Virus record (IMG/VR): IMGVR_UViG_3300022177_000052
Coordinates: 1-48,154 of that record
Length of the DNA stretch: 48,154 nucleotides
DNA from: a virus
Lineage: Duplodnaviria; Caudoviricetes
Reading direction: 5' to 3' (one strand)
Part shown: positions 38,505 to 46,801 of the stretch, piece by piece
How positions within the stretch are numbered: position 1 is the first letter of the stretch
Layout: every line of letters begins with the position of its first letter
Notes under the pieces: model-generated
What the model saw: only the letters and a program-made list of their open reading frames with translations
The model's database searches: none
What the model was told of the DNA's origin: nothing
Translations under genes and position numbers: made by a program

Positions 38505-39167
38505 ATGGCAAATATCAAGTATTCAATAAACGGTAAAAATGTTTCTGATTTCGGAATCAGAATCCTTTCAGTTGATGGTATTTTCGACCTCCCAAAACGA
38601 AAAATCGGATACCGGCATTCATGGTCAGAGGTTTCCGGGGAGGATATTGACCTGAGTGAGGTTGCACTGGAGCCCCGGATAATCAAACTTGATGGCATTG
38701 CAGTTGCTGAATCTATTTCACTTGCAATGACCAATCTTTCGTCATTCCTTGCAATCATTGACACCCCGGGCCCGAAACAGTTGTCAATTGAGTATGACAG
38801 CACCAGAACACCGGCCCCGGCCCTGACATACCTTGTATTCCGGGAGGAACAGGTAAAGGTTGAAAAGCAATTCAGGTTTGGCCGGAATGTTTGGAAGTTT
38901 TCATTGACCTTGCAGGAATATCTACCATACAAAAGCATTTACAGGTTCAATGCAGCAGCCGGGAGTGATTTATCAATGCAATTCACAGCATTGACAAGGC
39001 CTGTTATACTGTTTACCGGGGATGGCAGGAGTGCCGAAATAACCGACATAAACACCATTTCAATTGACTATCCTGTTGCCGGGAGTTACGTTGTCGGGGT
39101 ATTCTCAAACCACCCTTCGGATTTTCAGGTTGGGACCACTAACGCAACTTTTATATGGAAACTGTAA
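38505..39167 (+). CDS. Distal tail protein
   Basis: Follows the TMP; YSING....FGI, HSW.E..GED. Confidence 0.65.
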   Translation: MANIKYSINGKNVSDFGIRILSVDGIFDLPKRKIGYRHSWSEVSGEDIDLSEVALEPRIIKLDGIAVAESISLAMTNLSSFLAIIDTPGPKQLSIEYDSTRTPAPALTYLVFREEQVKVEKQFRFGRNVWKFSLTLQEYLPYKSIYRFNAAAGSDLSMQFTALTRPVILFTGDGRSAEITDINTISIDYPVAGSYVVGVFSNHPSDFQVGTTNATFIWKL

Positions 39168-41266
39168 TAATATACTCAGGCAGCACCGCCCCGGGGCAAA
39201 TGCATGACCCCTACATTGTACGCCCGAAAAGTAGTTCAGGGCTGCAACAGAAGTTACTTGCGGAGGATTTCATTAAACTGGACTTTGAGAGCCCTATTGA
39301 ATTGAACGTAACCCTGAAGGATTATATTCAGGTTTTTGGCCGGAAATACTTCATTAACACAATGCCGGTTGTTACGAAAAAGGCAGCCCGATTATTCAAT
39401 TATGAGTGCACTTTTGAGAGTTACATTTATGACCTATCAAAGGTTGCATTTCTGGACGTTGATGCCACCGGAATACATATTTCACACGAGTTCACATTGA
39501 CCGGGAAACTGGAGGATTTTGGTCATGTGATTAAAAACAACCTCCGGAGGCTTTTCGGGAATAACGGTTGGGACTGTATAAACCTTTATGCAGAGGGCCT
39601 GAATGAAACAAAAACCCTCAGTTTTTCTGAGGATACCTGTTTATCAGCCCTCCGGAAAATTTGTTCGGAGTACGGGGTTGAATACTATTTCACTGAGAAC
39701 GGCCCCGGGGCTGAATACCAGTTTCACCTGTATTTTGGTCTGGTTGGAGGGCTCCCGGTTTCGGACCCTTTTGAGTATGGCAAAGGGAAAGGACTGACAG
39801 AGATTAAGCGTAAAAACGCTTCAGCCTCAAACTTCATTACAAGGGTTTATGCGTTTGGCAGCAGCCGGAACCTTGGACCAAACTACCGTAATTTTTCCCC
39901 CCGACTCAGATTACCGGCCGTGCACATTACTCCGGATATCTTTGTCACAAAGGGCGTTGAAATACAGCACTTCCCGAGTACATATATTTACGGTCAGACT
40001 AATGCAGCATTTGTACAACTGCAGGTCCCTGTTATTGAAGGATGGACCGATTACGGTCAGCCGATGGCAGGAGCGCAGTTTAATGCCGGGCAAGGCCTTA
40101 CATATACTCAGCCCCCGAAGGTTGACGGATTCAGGGTAAAAGCATGGAATGAAGCCGGGAAATATGTTTTCAGTGATGGCAGTTATGAAGGATGGGAAAA
40201 CACCGGGCCAGAAATTGACTATGTGGAAAACCTTGAAGCCATTGAAAAACATGGAGTGATTGAAAAGGTGGTCATTTTTGACGAAATCTATCCTCACAGG
40301 ACCGGGATTGTAAGCGGTTTGGGGGATTCCTCGTTAAAATTCGTTGATTCCGAAATGTTTGACCTGAATGAATACCAGAATGGTGCATATACTTACCTAT
40401 TGCCCGGGCTATCGGCAAAGGTTCATTTCAACACCGGGAACCTTGCAGGATATGAGTTTGAAATCTGGAATTACAATCATGCCTCCCGGGAGTTTACGCT
40501 AATGAGTTACACGGATGAACGTGGTCTGGTGCTCCCGAACAACACCTCCCCGGCCTTTCAAATTGGCGTTGGGGATGAATACGTTATTCTGGACATAAAA
40601 TTGCCTGAATCCTACATTGAGGCAGCAGAACAAAGGTTGCTTGAAAAGGCCACGGATTGGTTAAACAGGTATAGCAACCCTCAGATTGCCCTTGATGTAA
40701 AGGTTGATGAAACATACATTTCCGGGTTAAACATGCAGATTGAAATTGGAAATACGATGCATGTAATTGACCAGTCTTTTAACGTGAATGCCATTTACCG
40801 GATTGTAGGCATTACCAGAAACCTAATCAGGGAGGACCAGTTTGAGGTTACGTTGGCAGAGGAGGTTTATAGGGGCCGGAATGCCAATTTCAGAGAGGGC
40901 AACAAAAAGGGAGGGGGAATATTCAAAACCGGAGGTACTGAAACCCATGACAGGTTGCATTCAATGACTTCGGTTTATGACCATGGTGCCGCAGAGGAAA
41001 AGGACCGGAATAAGGTGCTTGGTTCAAATGCAGAAACCGGTTTGCCGGAGTGGATTGCAAAGGATTCGCTTGATAAATTTTTTGTACACTATCAGGGGGT
41101 GCCTGAGGCCGTTTGGAATGTGAGCCACAACCTGAATAAATACCCTTCAGTTACGATAATTGACACCTCCGGAAATGAAATGGAGGGGGAAATTGAGTAC
41201 ACTGATAACAACAATTTAGTATTAACCTTTTCGGCTCCCTTTTCCGGGGTAGCCTTTCTAAACTAA
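39155..41266 (+). CDS. Tail tip / baseplate hub protein (Tal-like)
   Basis: FEYGKGKGL, ITRVYAFGSSRNL, FDEIYPHRTG, FNTGNLAGYEFE. Confidence 0.75.
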   Translation: METVIIYSGSTAPGQMHDPYIVRPKSSSGLQQKLLAEDFIKLDFESPIELNVTLKDYIQVFGRKYFINTMPVVTKKAARLFNYECTFESYIYDLSKVAFLDVDATGIHISHEFTLTGKLEDFGHVIKNNLRRLFGNNGWDCINLYAEGLNETKTLSFSEDTCLSALRKICSEYGVEYYFTENGPGAEYQFHLYFGLVGGLPVSDPFEYGKGKGLTEIKRKNASASNFITRVYAFGSSRNLGPNYRNFSPRLRLPAVHITPDIFVTKGVEIQHFPSTYIYGQTNAAFVQLQVPVIEGWTDYGQPMAGAQFNAGQGLTYTQPPKVDGFRVKAWNEAGKYVFSDGSYEGWENTGPEIDYVENLEAIEKHGVIEKVVIFDEIYPHRTGIVSGLGDSSLKFVDSEMFDLNEYQNGAYTYLLPGLSAKVHFNTGNLAGYEFEIWNYNHASREFTLMSYTDERGLVLPNNTSPAFQIGVGDEYVILDIKLPESYIEAAEQRLLEKATDWLNRYSNPQIALDVKVDETYISGLNMQIEIGNTMHVIDQSFNVNAIYRIVGITRNLIREDQFEVTLAEEVYRGRNANFREGNKKGGGIFKTGGTETHDRLHSMTSVYDHGAAEEKDRNKVLGSNAETGLPEWIAKDSLDKFFVHYQGVPEAVWNVSHNLNKYPSVTIIDTSGNEMEGEIEYTDNNNLVLTFSAPFSGVAFLN

Positions 41267-41274
41267 TCAAAATT

Positions 41275-42456
41275 ATGGGAAAAAAGATTTATCTGGTTGA
41301 CATTGATTTAGCAAAAAACCAGTTGATTCAGGTTAGGTTGGAAAACTTGGCCTCAGCACCGGCAAGCCCTGTATCCGGTCAGATTTATTATGATACCACG
41401 CTTGGAAAGTGTAGGTATTACACCGGTTCGGCATGGGTAACTATTGACGATATGAATGACCCCCGAACCCCCAAAAGCCATGTTCTTGCGACAAATGTAG
41501 GCCTTGGAGGGGAGCACACCATTTCAGGGGCCACAGCCGGTCACGCCCTCGTTGCCACAGGACCAACGGCAGCCCGGTTTGAGCAGATCAACCACGAAAA
41601 CCTTGCAAATAAGGGGTCCAATACACACGCTCAGATTGACAGCCATATTGGTAACGCTGATATACACAGGGAGTTGAATGATAACCTGACTTCAACAACC
41701 AATCTTTGGTCTGCAAGTAAGATTAACAACCTTATTACGGCCTTGCAGAATGCAGTCACCGGAGCCCTGGTCTTTAAGGGTGGTTACGATGCTGCAACCA
41801 ACACCCCGAACCTGACAACCCCGGCAGCAGGAGCCGTTTTGCAGGGTTATACTTACGTTGTGACCGTGGCCGGAACATTTCACGGAGAGGCTGTGCAGAT
41901 CGGTGACATGATCATTGCCAGACAGGATAACCCGTCTTCATTGGCTCACTGGACGTTGGTAAATAAAAACATTCCGGACATTCTGGATGCAAGCGAAACA
42001 CAAAAAGGTATTGTTGAACTTGCCACGAATGCCGAAACCAACACCGGGACTGATACAACCCGGGCCGTACACCCGGCAGGGCTGAAATATGTGCTCGACA
42101 ACAGGAACGCTACTGAAACGGTCAGAGGTTTGATTGAGTTGGCTACTCAGGCAGAGGTTACAGCCGGAACGGATACTGTCCGGGCAGTCACCCCGGCCAC
42201 CCTTGCCGGAGTATTGGGGACAGGCGGTACACTTTCAAATGCAAGGAAATTCACGCAAACACTGACAACCAGTGCAACCAGTTACACCATTACCCACAAC
42301 CTGAACAGTCAGGCTGTTGTTGTTTCGGTACGTGATACTGCAACCCCTTTCAATGAGGTGGAGGTTGACGTTACCATTACCGGAGTGAATACGGTAGTAT
42401 TGGCTTTTAACACGGCCCCGGCTGCAAACAAATACGCTGTTACTGTAATCGGATAA
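41275..42456 (+). CDS. Tail fibre protein
   Basis: Two A(S/T)ET.(K/R)G..ELAT.AE...GTD..RAV fibre repeats. Confidence 0.75.
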   Translation: MGKKIYLVDIDLAKNQLIQVRLENLASAPASPVSGQIYYDTTLGKCRYYTGSAWVTIDDMNDPRTPKSHVLATNVGLGGEHTISGATAGHALVATGPTAARFEQINHENLANKGSNTHAQIDSHIGNADIHRELNDNLTSTTNLWSASKINNLITALQNAVTGALVFKGGYDAATNTPNLTTPAAGAVLQGYTYVVTVAGTFHGEAVQIGDMIIARQDNPSSLAHWTLVNKNIPDILDASETQKGIVELATNAETNTGTDTTRAVHPAGLKYVLDNRNATETVRGLIELATQAEVTAGTDTVRAVTPATLAGVLGTGGTLSNARKFTQTLTTSATSYTITHNLNSQAVVVSVRDTATPFNEVEVDVTITGVNTVVLAFNTAPAANKYAVTVIG

Positions 42457-42458
42457 CT

Positions 42459-43655
42459 ATGGCAGGGAAAAGGTTTTTAACGCAACTGGAAATCCTGATC
42501 AATTCAACCCTGAGTGCCCCGGAATCAGGGCACTTGGGGTTTGGTGCCAAATCGGAAGGGTTCTACATGATAACCCCCACGGCTGAACACCTTATTTTAA
42601 CCACTCAGGAAATGTTAACTGAGGTCCGGGCCTCAGGAGATGCCAAAGACGAAAAGGTTGTAACAGAGGCCGGGATACGCAGGGCTATTGATGCAATGGC
42701 AGGTTCACTGCAACAGCCAATTATGGTTGAGGAAAAACATTTGTTAGGACGACACCCGGGGACTGGTACAGGACCACCTGAACATGTTCGCCTTGGGTAC
42801 GGCTTAGGTTGGGATGCTAACGGCGAAATTGAGGTAACTATTTCAGGAGGGGGAGGCTCCGGGACTGTTACAAGTGTGGGGCTATCTATGCCTGCCATTT
42901 TCAGTGTAGGCCCCCCGGTGACGACCTCCGGGGACTTGACGGCAGCATTGGTTTCGCAGACAAAAAACTATGTTTTTGCCGCCCCCTATTCAGGCAATGG
43001 CGTGCCTACTTTTCGTCCCCTTGTAGGGTCAGACTTGCCGGACCTTTCAGGCTCTTTTGACTTTTACGGCAGTTGGAATATGCAGGTTAATTCAGGGACT
43101 ACAAAACTGGTTGGGAAAACCGGCACAAGTCAATATGGAAATTTGTACAATGGCATTAAGCTGATTGCCGGGGCAAATGTTACCCTGTCAGAATCAAATG
43201 CCAGTGGTGCGCTTGGAATTACAATCAGCGCAGCAGCAGGAGGTGGTGGAGGCCTGATCTTTACCCAAATGACCCTGAACCAGTCCCCGAGTCCAATAAC
43301 CGCAGGCGTTTGGACCGATGTGCCAACCATGTCTGTAAGCACTTGGGGTGACGGAGCCTATTTAGTGATTGCACATGTTTCAATGGTAAAAGGCACTACC
43401 GGGGCGGGGTCTGTGGCAATGCAGATTGTGACCGATGGGAATACTGCAATTGCCACCGGGGAGCAATACATGTTAAGTGCTTCAGCCAACAGAGCAACAA
43501 TATCATTGAGCAGTGTTTTTATGGTCGAAAAGGGGGACCCTGCAAGTGTAAGAATGCGGATTCATTCAAACACCTCCGGTTGGTCAGCCGTTGCTTCAAC
43601 GCTGAACTCACAAAGCCCAAACGCAACGCAAATAACTTTAATAAAGATTGCATAA
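42459..43655 (+). CDS. Tail fibre / receptor-binding protein
   Basis: GGGGSGTVTSVGLS and G.PTFR.LV.SDLP fibre segments; beta-rich C-terminal head. Confidence 0.7.
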   Translation: MAGKRFLTQLEILINSTLSAPESGHLGFGAKSEGFYMITPTAEHLILTTQEMLTEVRASGDAKDEKVVTEAGIRRAIDAMAGSLQQPIMVEEKHLLGRHPGTGTGPPEHVRLGYGLGWDANGEIEVTISGGGGSGTVTSVGLSMPAIFSVGPPVTTSGDLTAALVSQTKNYVFAAPYSGNGVPTFRPLVGSDLPDLSGSFDFYGSWNMQVNSGTTKLVGKTGTSQYGNLYNGIKLIAGANVTLSESNASGALGITISAAAGGGGGLIFTQMTLNQSPSPITAGVWTDVPTMSVSTWGDGAYLVIAHVSMVKGTTGAGSVAMQIVTDGNTAIATGEQYMLSASANRATISLSSVFMVEKGDPASVRMRIHSNTSGWSAVASTLNSQSPNATQITLIKIA

Positions 43656-43656
43656 A

Positions 43657-44178
43657 ATGGAAACACCAGAAATCAAACGAACTGAAAAACTGACAAACGG
43701 AGAGGTTGTTGAACTGTATCACAATCTGAACAATATTCAAGGTCTGAAAGGTAAATCCGTGCTCTATGCGGTAAGCAAAACCAAATCAAGCCTCAAACCC
43801 TTGGTAAGGGCTTTTGATCATTATAAAATGGTCCCAAAGCCTGAGAGGTTTGCAGAATATGAGAACGAAATTAAGAAGGCCGTTGCAGCAGCCCGGGAGA
43901 AACTTGTCAAGGAGGATCCCGGACACCCGGCACTGGTGAAAACAGAATCCGGAATAATTGAACTGAGGGCCGATTCTGTTGAGGCTCAGGAAATTGCTGA
44001 ACGTCTGAAAAACAAGTATTCTGAAGTTATTGAGGAGTACACGAAAGCAATCAAGGAGTACAATAAATTCCTTGATCAGGAATGTACTGAGGATTACACT
44101 ATTACCAAATTTCCGTTTGCCGATGCCCCTGAGGAACAGGATAAGTTTGAGGCCCTGTTTCTGTTAATCAAAGATTGA
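43657..44178 (+). CDS. Hypothetical protein (fibre-associated chaperone position)
   Basis: Charged helical protein after the fibre genes. Confidence 0.55.
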   Translation: METPEIKRTEKLTNGEVVELYHNLNNIQGLKGKSVLYAVSKTKSSLKPLVRAFDHYKMVPKPERFAEYENEIKKAVAAAREKLVKEDPGHPALVKTESGIIELRADSVEAQEIAERLKNKYSEVIEEYTKAIKEYNKFLDQECTEDYTITKFPFADAPEEQDKFEALFLLIKD

Positions 44179-44195
44179 TTTCTTTGAGAAAAATA

Positions 44196-44248
44196 TTACC
44201 ATGATGGTATTTTTTTTGTTGGAAAATATTACCATCATGGTAACTTTG
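44196..44248 (+). promoter_or_regulatory. Tandem palindromic operators overlapping the lysis promoter
   Basis: TTACCATGATGGTAT 44196-44210, TTACCATCATGGTAA 44229-44243, TAACTTTG 44241-44248. Confidence 0.7.
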
Positions 44249-44274
44249 TCAGATAAACCTAAAACACTTTATCA

Positions 44275-44595
44275 ATGCACTGGTGGGAAATCGCTTTGAC
44301 AAATCTATTCACTTTATTGGCAGGCCTCGTTGGAGGTGGGTGGTACTCAAAAAAGAAGGCCCTTGCTGATGCTGAAGGTTCGGAACTTGACAACCTGAAG
44401 GAGATCATTGTAACGTGGAAAGAATCTTACAATGATTTAAAGCAGCAGAGGGAGGAGTTTAACAAGCTGTCCATTGACTTGCAGAGAGAGAATATTGAAA
44501 TGCGTCAGGAAATTTCAGACCTGAAACAACAGGTTAAGAAACTGCAATGTGAAAACAGTGAATTGAAGAAGGAAATTGAAAAACTGAAGCAATGA
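44275..44595 (+). CDS. Putative holin (one TM helix plus coiled coil)
   Basis: N-terminal hydrophobic helix, coupled to the endolysin. Confidence 0.6.
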   Translation: MHWWEIALTNLFTLLAGLVGGGWYSKKKALADAEGSELDNLKEIIVTWKESYNDLKQQREEFNKLSIDLQRENIEMRQEISDLKQQVKKLQCENSELKKEIEKLKQ

Positions 44596-45116
44596 CAAGG
44601 CAGCAATTTAAAAATGCGTTACCATACGCAACAGAGGCCAATATTGATAAGTTTTATCAGCCGATGCTTGACACTTTCAGTAAGTTTTGCATTGATACCA
44701 AGTTACGGCAGGCCGCTTTCATTGCACAAATAGCACACGAATCCGGCTCGTTGAAATACGTCCGGGAAATAGCCTCCGGAGTAGCTTATGAAGGTAGGAA
44801 GGCCCTCGGGAACACTGAGCCCGGGGATGGTCCCAAATACAAAGGCAGGGGATTAATCCAGTTGACAGGTAGGGCCAATTATGAAGCAGCCTCCAAATAT
44901 TTCCGGACTGATTTTGTCAGATTCCCGGAGTGGGTTGAACGGCCAGAATATGCAACAGCGGTAAGCGGTTGGTTCTGGTACCGGCACAAACTGAATCCCC
45001 TTGCAGATGTCCGGGACATTCGCAGGATTACAAAGATCATTAACGGAGGGTACAATGGTTTGGACAGTAGAATAACCCATTACAACAGGGCCCTGAAGGC
45101 GTTTGGAATACAATAG
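44592..45116 (+). CDS. GH19 endolysin
   Basis: AAFIAQIAHESG, YKGRGLIQLTGRANY, ITKIINGGYNGL. Confidence 0.93.
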   Translation: MTRQQFKNALPYATEANIDKFYQPMLDTFSKFCIDTKLRQAAFIAQIAHESGSLKYVREIASGVAYEGRKALGNTEPGDGPKYKGRGLIQLTGRANYEAASKYFRTDFVRFPEWVERPEYATAVSGWFWYRHKLNPLADVRDIRRITKIINGGYNGLDSRITHYNRALKAFGIQ

Positions 45117-45121
45117 CAGCC

Positions 45122-45697
45122 ATGAGAAACTTAAACCAGATATTGAACTTTGCAATCCTGATTGTATGCGTTGGCCTTGCTTTATGGTGGGGCTTTTCGG
45201 AGAGATCAGAGAAACTGAGGTATAAGGATAATTTTGAGGCTGAAGTTGTCAAAAATGGCAGACAGGTTTATGTTACCGAAATGGAATACTCCCGGCTGTA
45301 CTCAGAAATTGACAGTCTTTCCCGGGAACTCGGGAAAAAACCAAAACACATTGTCCAGATTGTTAAGGTTGATTATCAGGTAAGGGATACAGCAGAGGCA
45401 ACATTGACAGGGGACACTGTTTATCTGGTCCGGAATGACACCATATTTGTTCAGCCGGACACCCTGAGGTTTAATATTGAACGGCCTTGCTATTTACTTA
45501 CCGGGTATGTTTATAACAGCAGAATCAAGGCTGAAATTGATTTCCGGGACAAACCTATGGTTATATTTGACCGAGAAAGGAGCAAACGGTTTCTGTTTAT
45601 CAAATATGGTCCATGGCAATATTCTGCAACCTTTTACAGCCAGTGTTCAGGCAAAACTATGTGGATACAGGAAAATATTTTGATTAAGCGAAAATAG
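45122..45697 (+). CDS. Putative spanin (Rz-like)
   Basis: N-terminal TM anchor and coiled segment, after the endolysin. Confidence 0.55.
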   Translation: MRNLNQILNFAILIVCVGLALWWGFSERSEKLRYKDNFEAEVVKNGRQVYVTEMEYSRLYSEIDSLSRELGKKPKHIVQIVKVDYQVRDTAEATLTGDTVYLVRNDTIFVQPDTLRFNIERPCYLLTGYVYNSRIKAEIDFRDKPMVIFDRERSKRFLFIKYGPWQYSATFYSQCSGKTMWIQENILIKRK

Positions 45698-45710
45698 TTT
45701 TGTATATTTG
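45679..45710 (+). promoter_or_regulatory. Consensus Bacteroidetes promoter driving the small RNA
   Basis: TTTG (45679-45682), 20-bp spacer, TATATTTG (45703-45710). Confidence 0.75.
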
Positions 45711-45714
45711 CATA

Positions 45715-45779
45715 ACAATCCCTCCATTACGTTGCTGTTGTGGAGAAGGTTAAGAGCCCTGAGAAATCGGGGCTTTTTT
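45715..45779 (+). ncRNA. Candidate trans-acting antisense small RNA (~65 nt) complementary to the CAACAGCAAC gene leaders
   Basis: Promoter-to-terminator unit with no ORF; CTCCA/TGGAG stem displays GTTGCTGTTG (45731-45740); second block AAGGTT (45746-45751); 5' end approximate. Confidence 0.7.
45755..45779 (+). terminator. Intrinsic terminator
   Basis: AGCCCTGA-GAAA-TCGGGGCT followed by TTTTT. Confidence 0.85.
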
Positions 45780-45792
45780 CAATCATTTATTT

Positions 45793-46029
45793 ATGTCGTT
45801 ATTTTGCTCTCAGTGTTGTGGAGATTGGGGAATGGAAGCAGACATTGATTTGTTTGATTTAGCCCTTAATCTGGAGAATGGAAGGAGTGAATCATTTATT
45901 TGTGAAGGTTGTAATAATCGGGCCGTATACAAGGATGAAGAAGGCTTTATTTACCTTGCCCGGGAGATCAATAGGGAGATCATTTTAATACCAGTTCAAA
46001 TTTCCGAACTGATGTATGCAGAAAAATAA
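45793..46029 (+). CDS. Small Cys-rich hypothetical protein
   Basis: FCSQC...ICEGC. Confidence 0.6.
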   Translation: MSLFCSQCCGDWGMEADIDLFDLALNLENGRSESFICEGCNNRAVYKDEEGFIYLAREINREIILIPVQISELMYAEK

Positions 46030-46044
46030 TATCAGACGTCAATT

Positions 46045-46150
46045 ATCTGTTACAATCTGTAACAATCTGTCACAGTAATCGGATTTCTGTAACAGAAATG
46101 CAACAAATAAGAATAGAAAAGAAAAGAATAAAAAAGAATAGAAAAGAAAA
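46045..46150. repeat. TGTnACA iteron cluster with purine-rich tract (ori-like block 2)
   Basis: Three tandem ATCTGTnACA, then CTGTAACAGAAATGCAACAAATAAGA and an A/G tract; 21 bp identical to 29327-29347. Confidence 0.7.
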
Positions 46151-46196
46151 TATTCCTGTTAATTTAACATAAATCAAAACCCAAAAACCAAAAGTT

Positions 46197-46796
46197 ATGG
46201 AAACAAGTGATTGGATAGCAATTGCAGCAGTATTGATAGCTGCATTCTCGTGGATTTCGCAATACAGATTAAGTAAAAAAGCGAATGAAGCTACAAAAAT
46301 TTCAAATGATATTCAGGCTGAAATGCTTACTCTATCAGCAAAAGTTGAAGAGTTTGAGGACAGAAAGGGTGAGGTATTATTATTGAATATCATTGGCAGA
46401 TATTTTGTTATCAACTATAACTTTTTGAGTACTACTGACGACAGACAACTTGAAGTAGACAAAAAAAAGTATTCGTCTGGTTTAATGCAACTATCAATGG
46501 ATTTTGAGAAGTTGATTGATAATCCGTATTTCATTAAATTCATTGAAGCGCACCCGGATATAAATCTGTTAATGCTTTCACTCAAAGGGGCTATAATTAA
46601 TGAAAGTTATTCAACTGGCAGAGTAATTAATGCTCAAACTTTTAATTTCTTTTATGACATGTATTTTGTTTTGAAAGACGAATTAAAGAATAAGGAAATG
46701 CTTAACCATCGGTTTTTCAAAGTTGTACAAGAAGCAATTATCAGTATGAAGCTTGTTTTAAAAGAAAATGAAAATCCTCCAAAGCTAAAGGCCTAA
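46197..46796 (+). CDS. AT-rich moron membrane-anchored protein
   Basis: N-terminal TM helix; convergent with the integrase. Confidence 0.6.
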   Translation: METSDWIAIAAVLIAAFSWISQYRLSKKANEATKISNDIQAEMLTLSAKVEEFEDRKGEVLLLNIIGRYFVINYNFLSTTDDRQLEVDKKKYSSGLMQLSMDFEKLIDNPYFIKFIEAHPDINLLMLSLKGAIINESYSTGRVINAQTFNFFYDMYFVLKDELKNKEMLNHRFFKVVQEAIISMKLVLKENENPPKLKA

Positions 46797-46801
46797 AACA
46801 A

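Noticed and set aside
41275-43655. Diversity-generating retroelement acting on the tail fibres
   Set aside because: No reverse transcriptase ORF and no TR/VR pair differing at adenines was seen.
567-45252. The many minus-strand and nested alternative-frame ORFs in the track (e.g. 2393..2884, 16031..16678, 38333..38938)
   Set aside because: They are shadows of well-supported plus-strand genes, with no motifs or initiation context.
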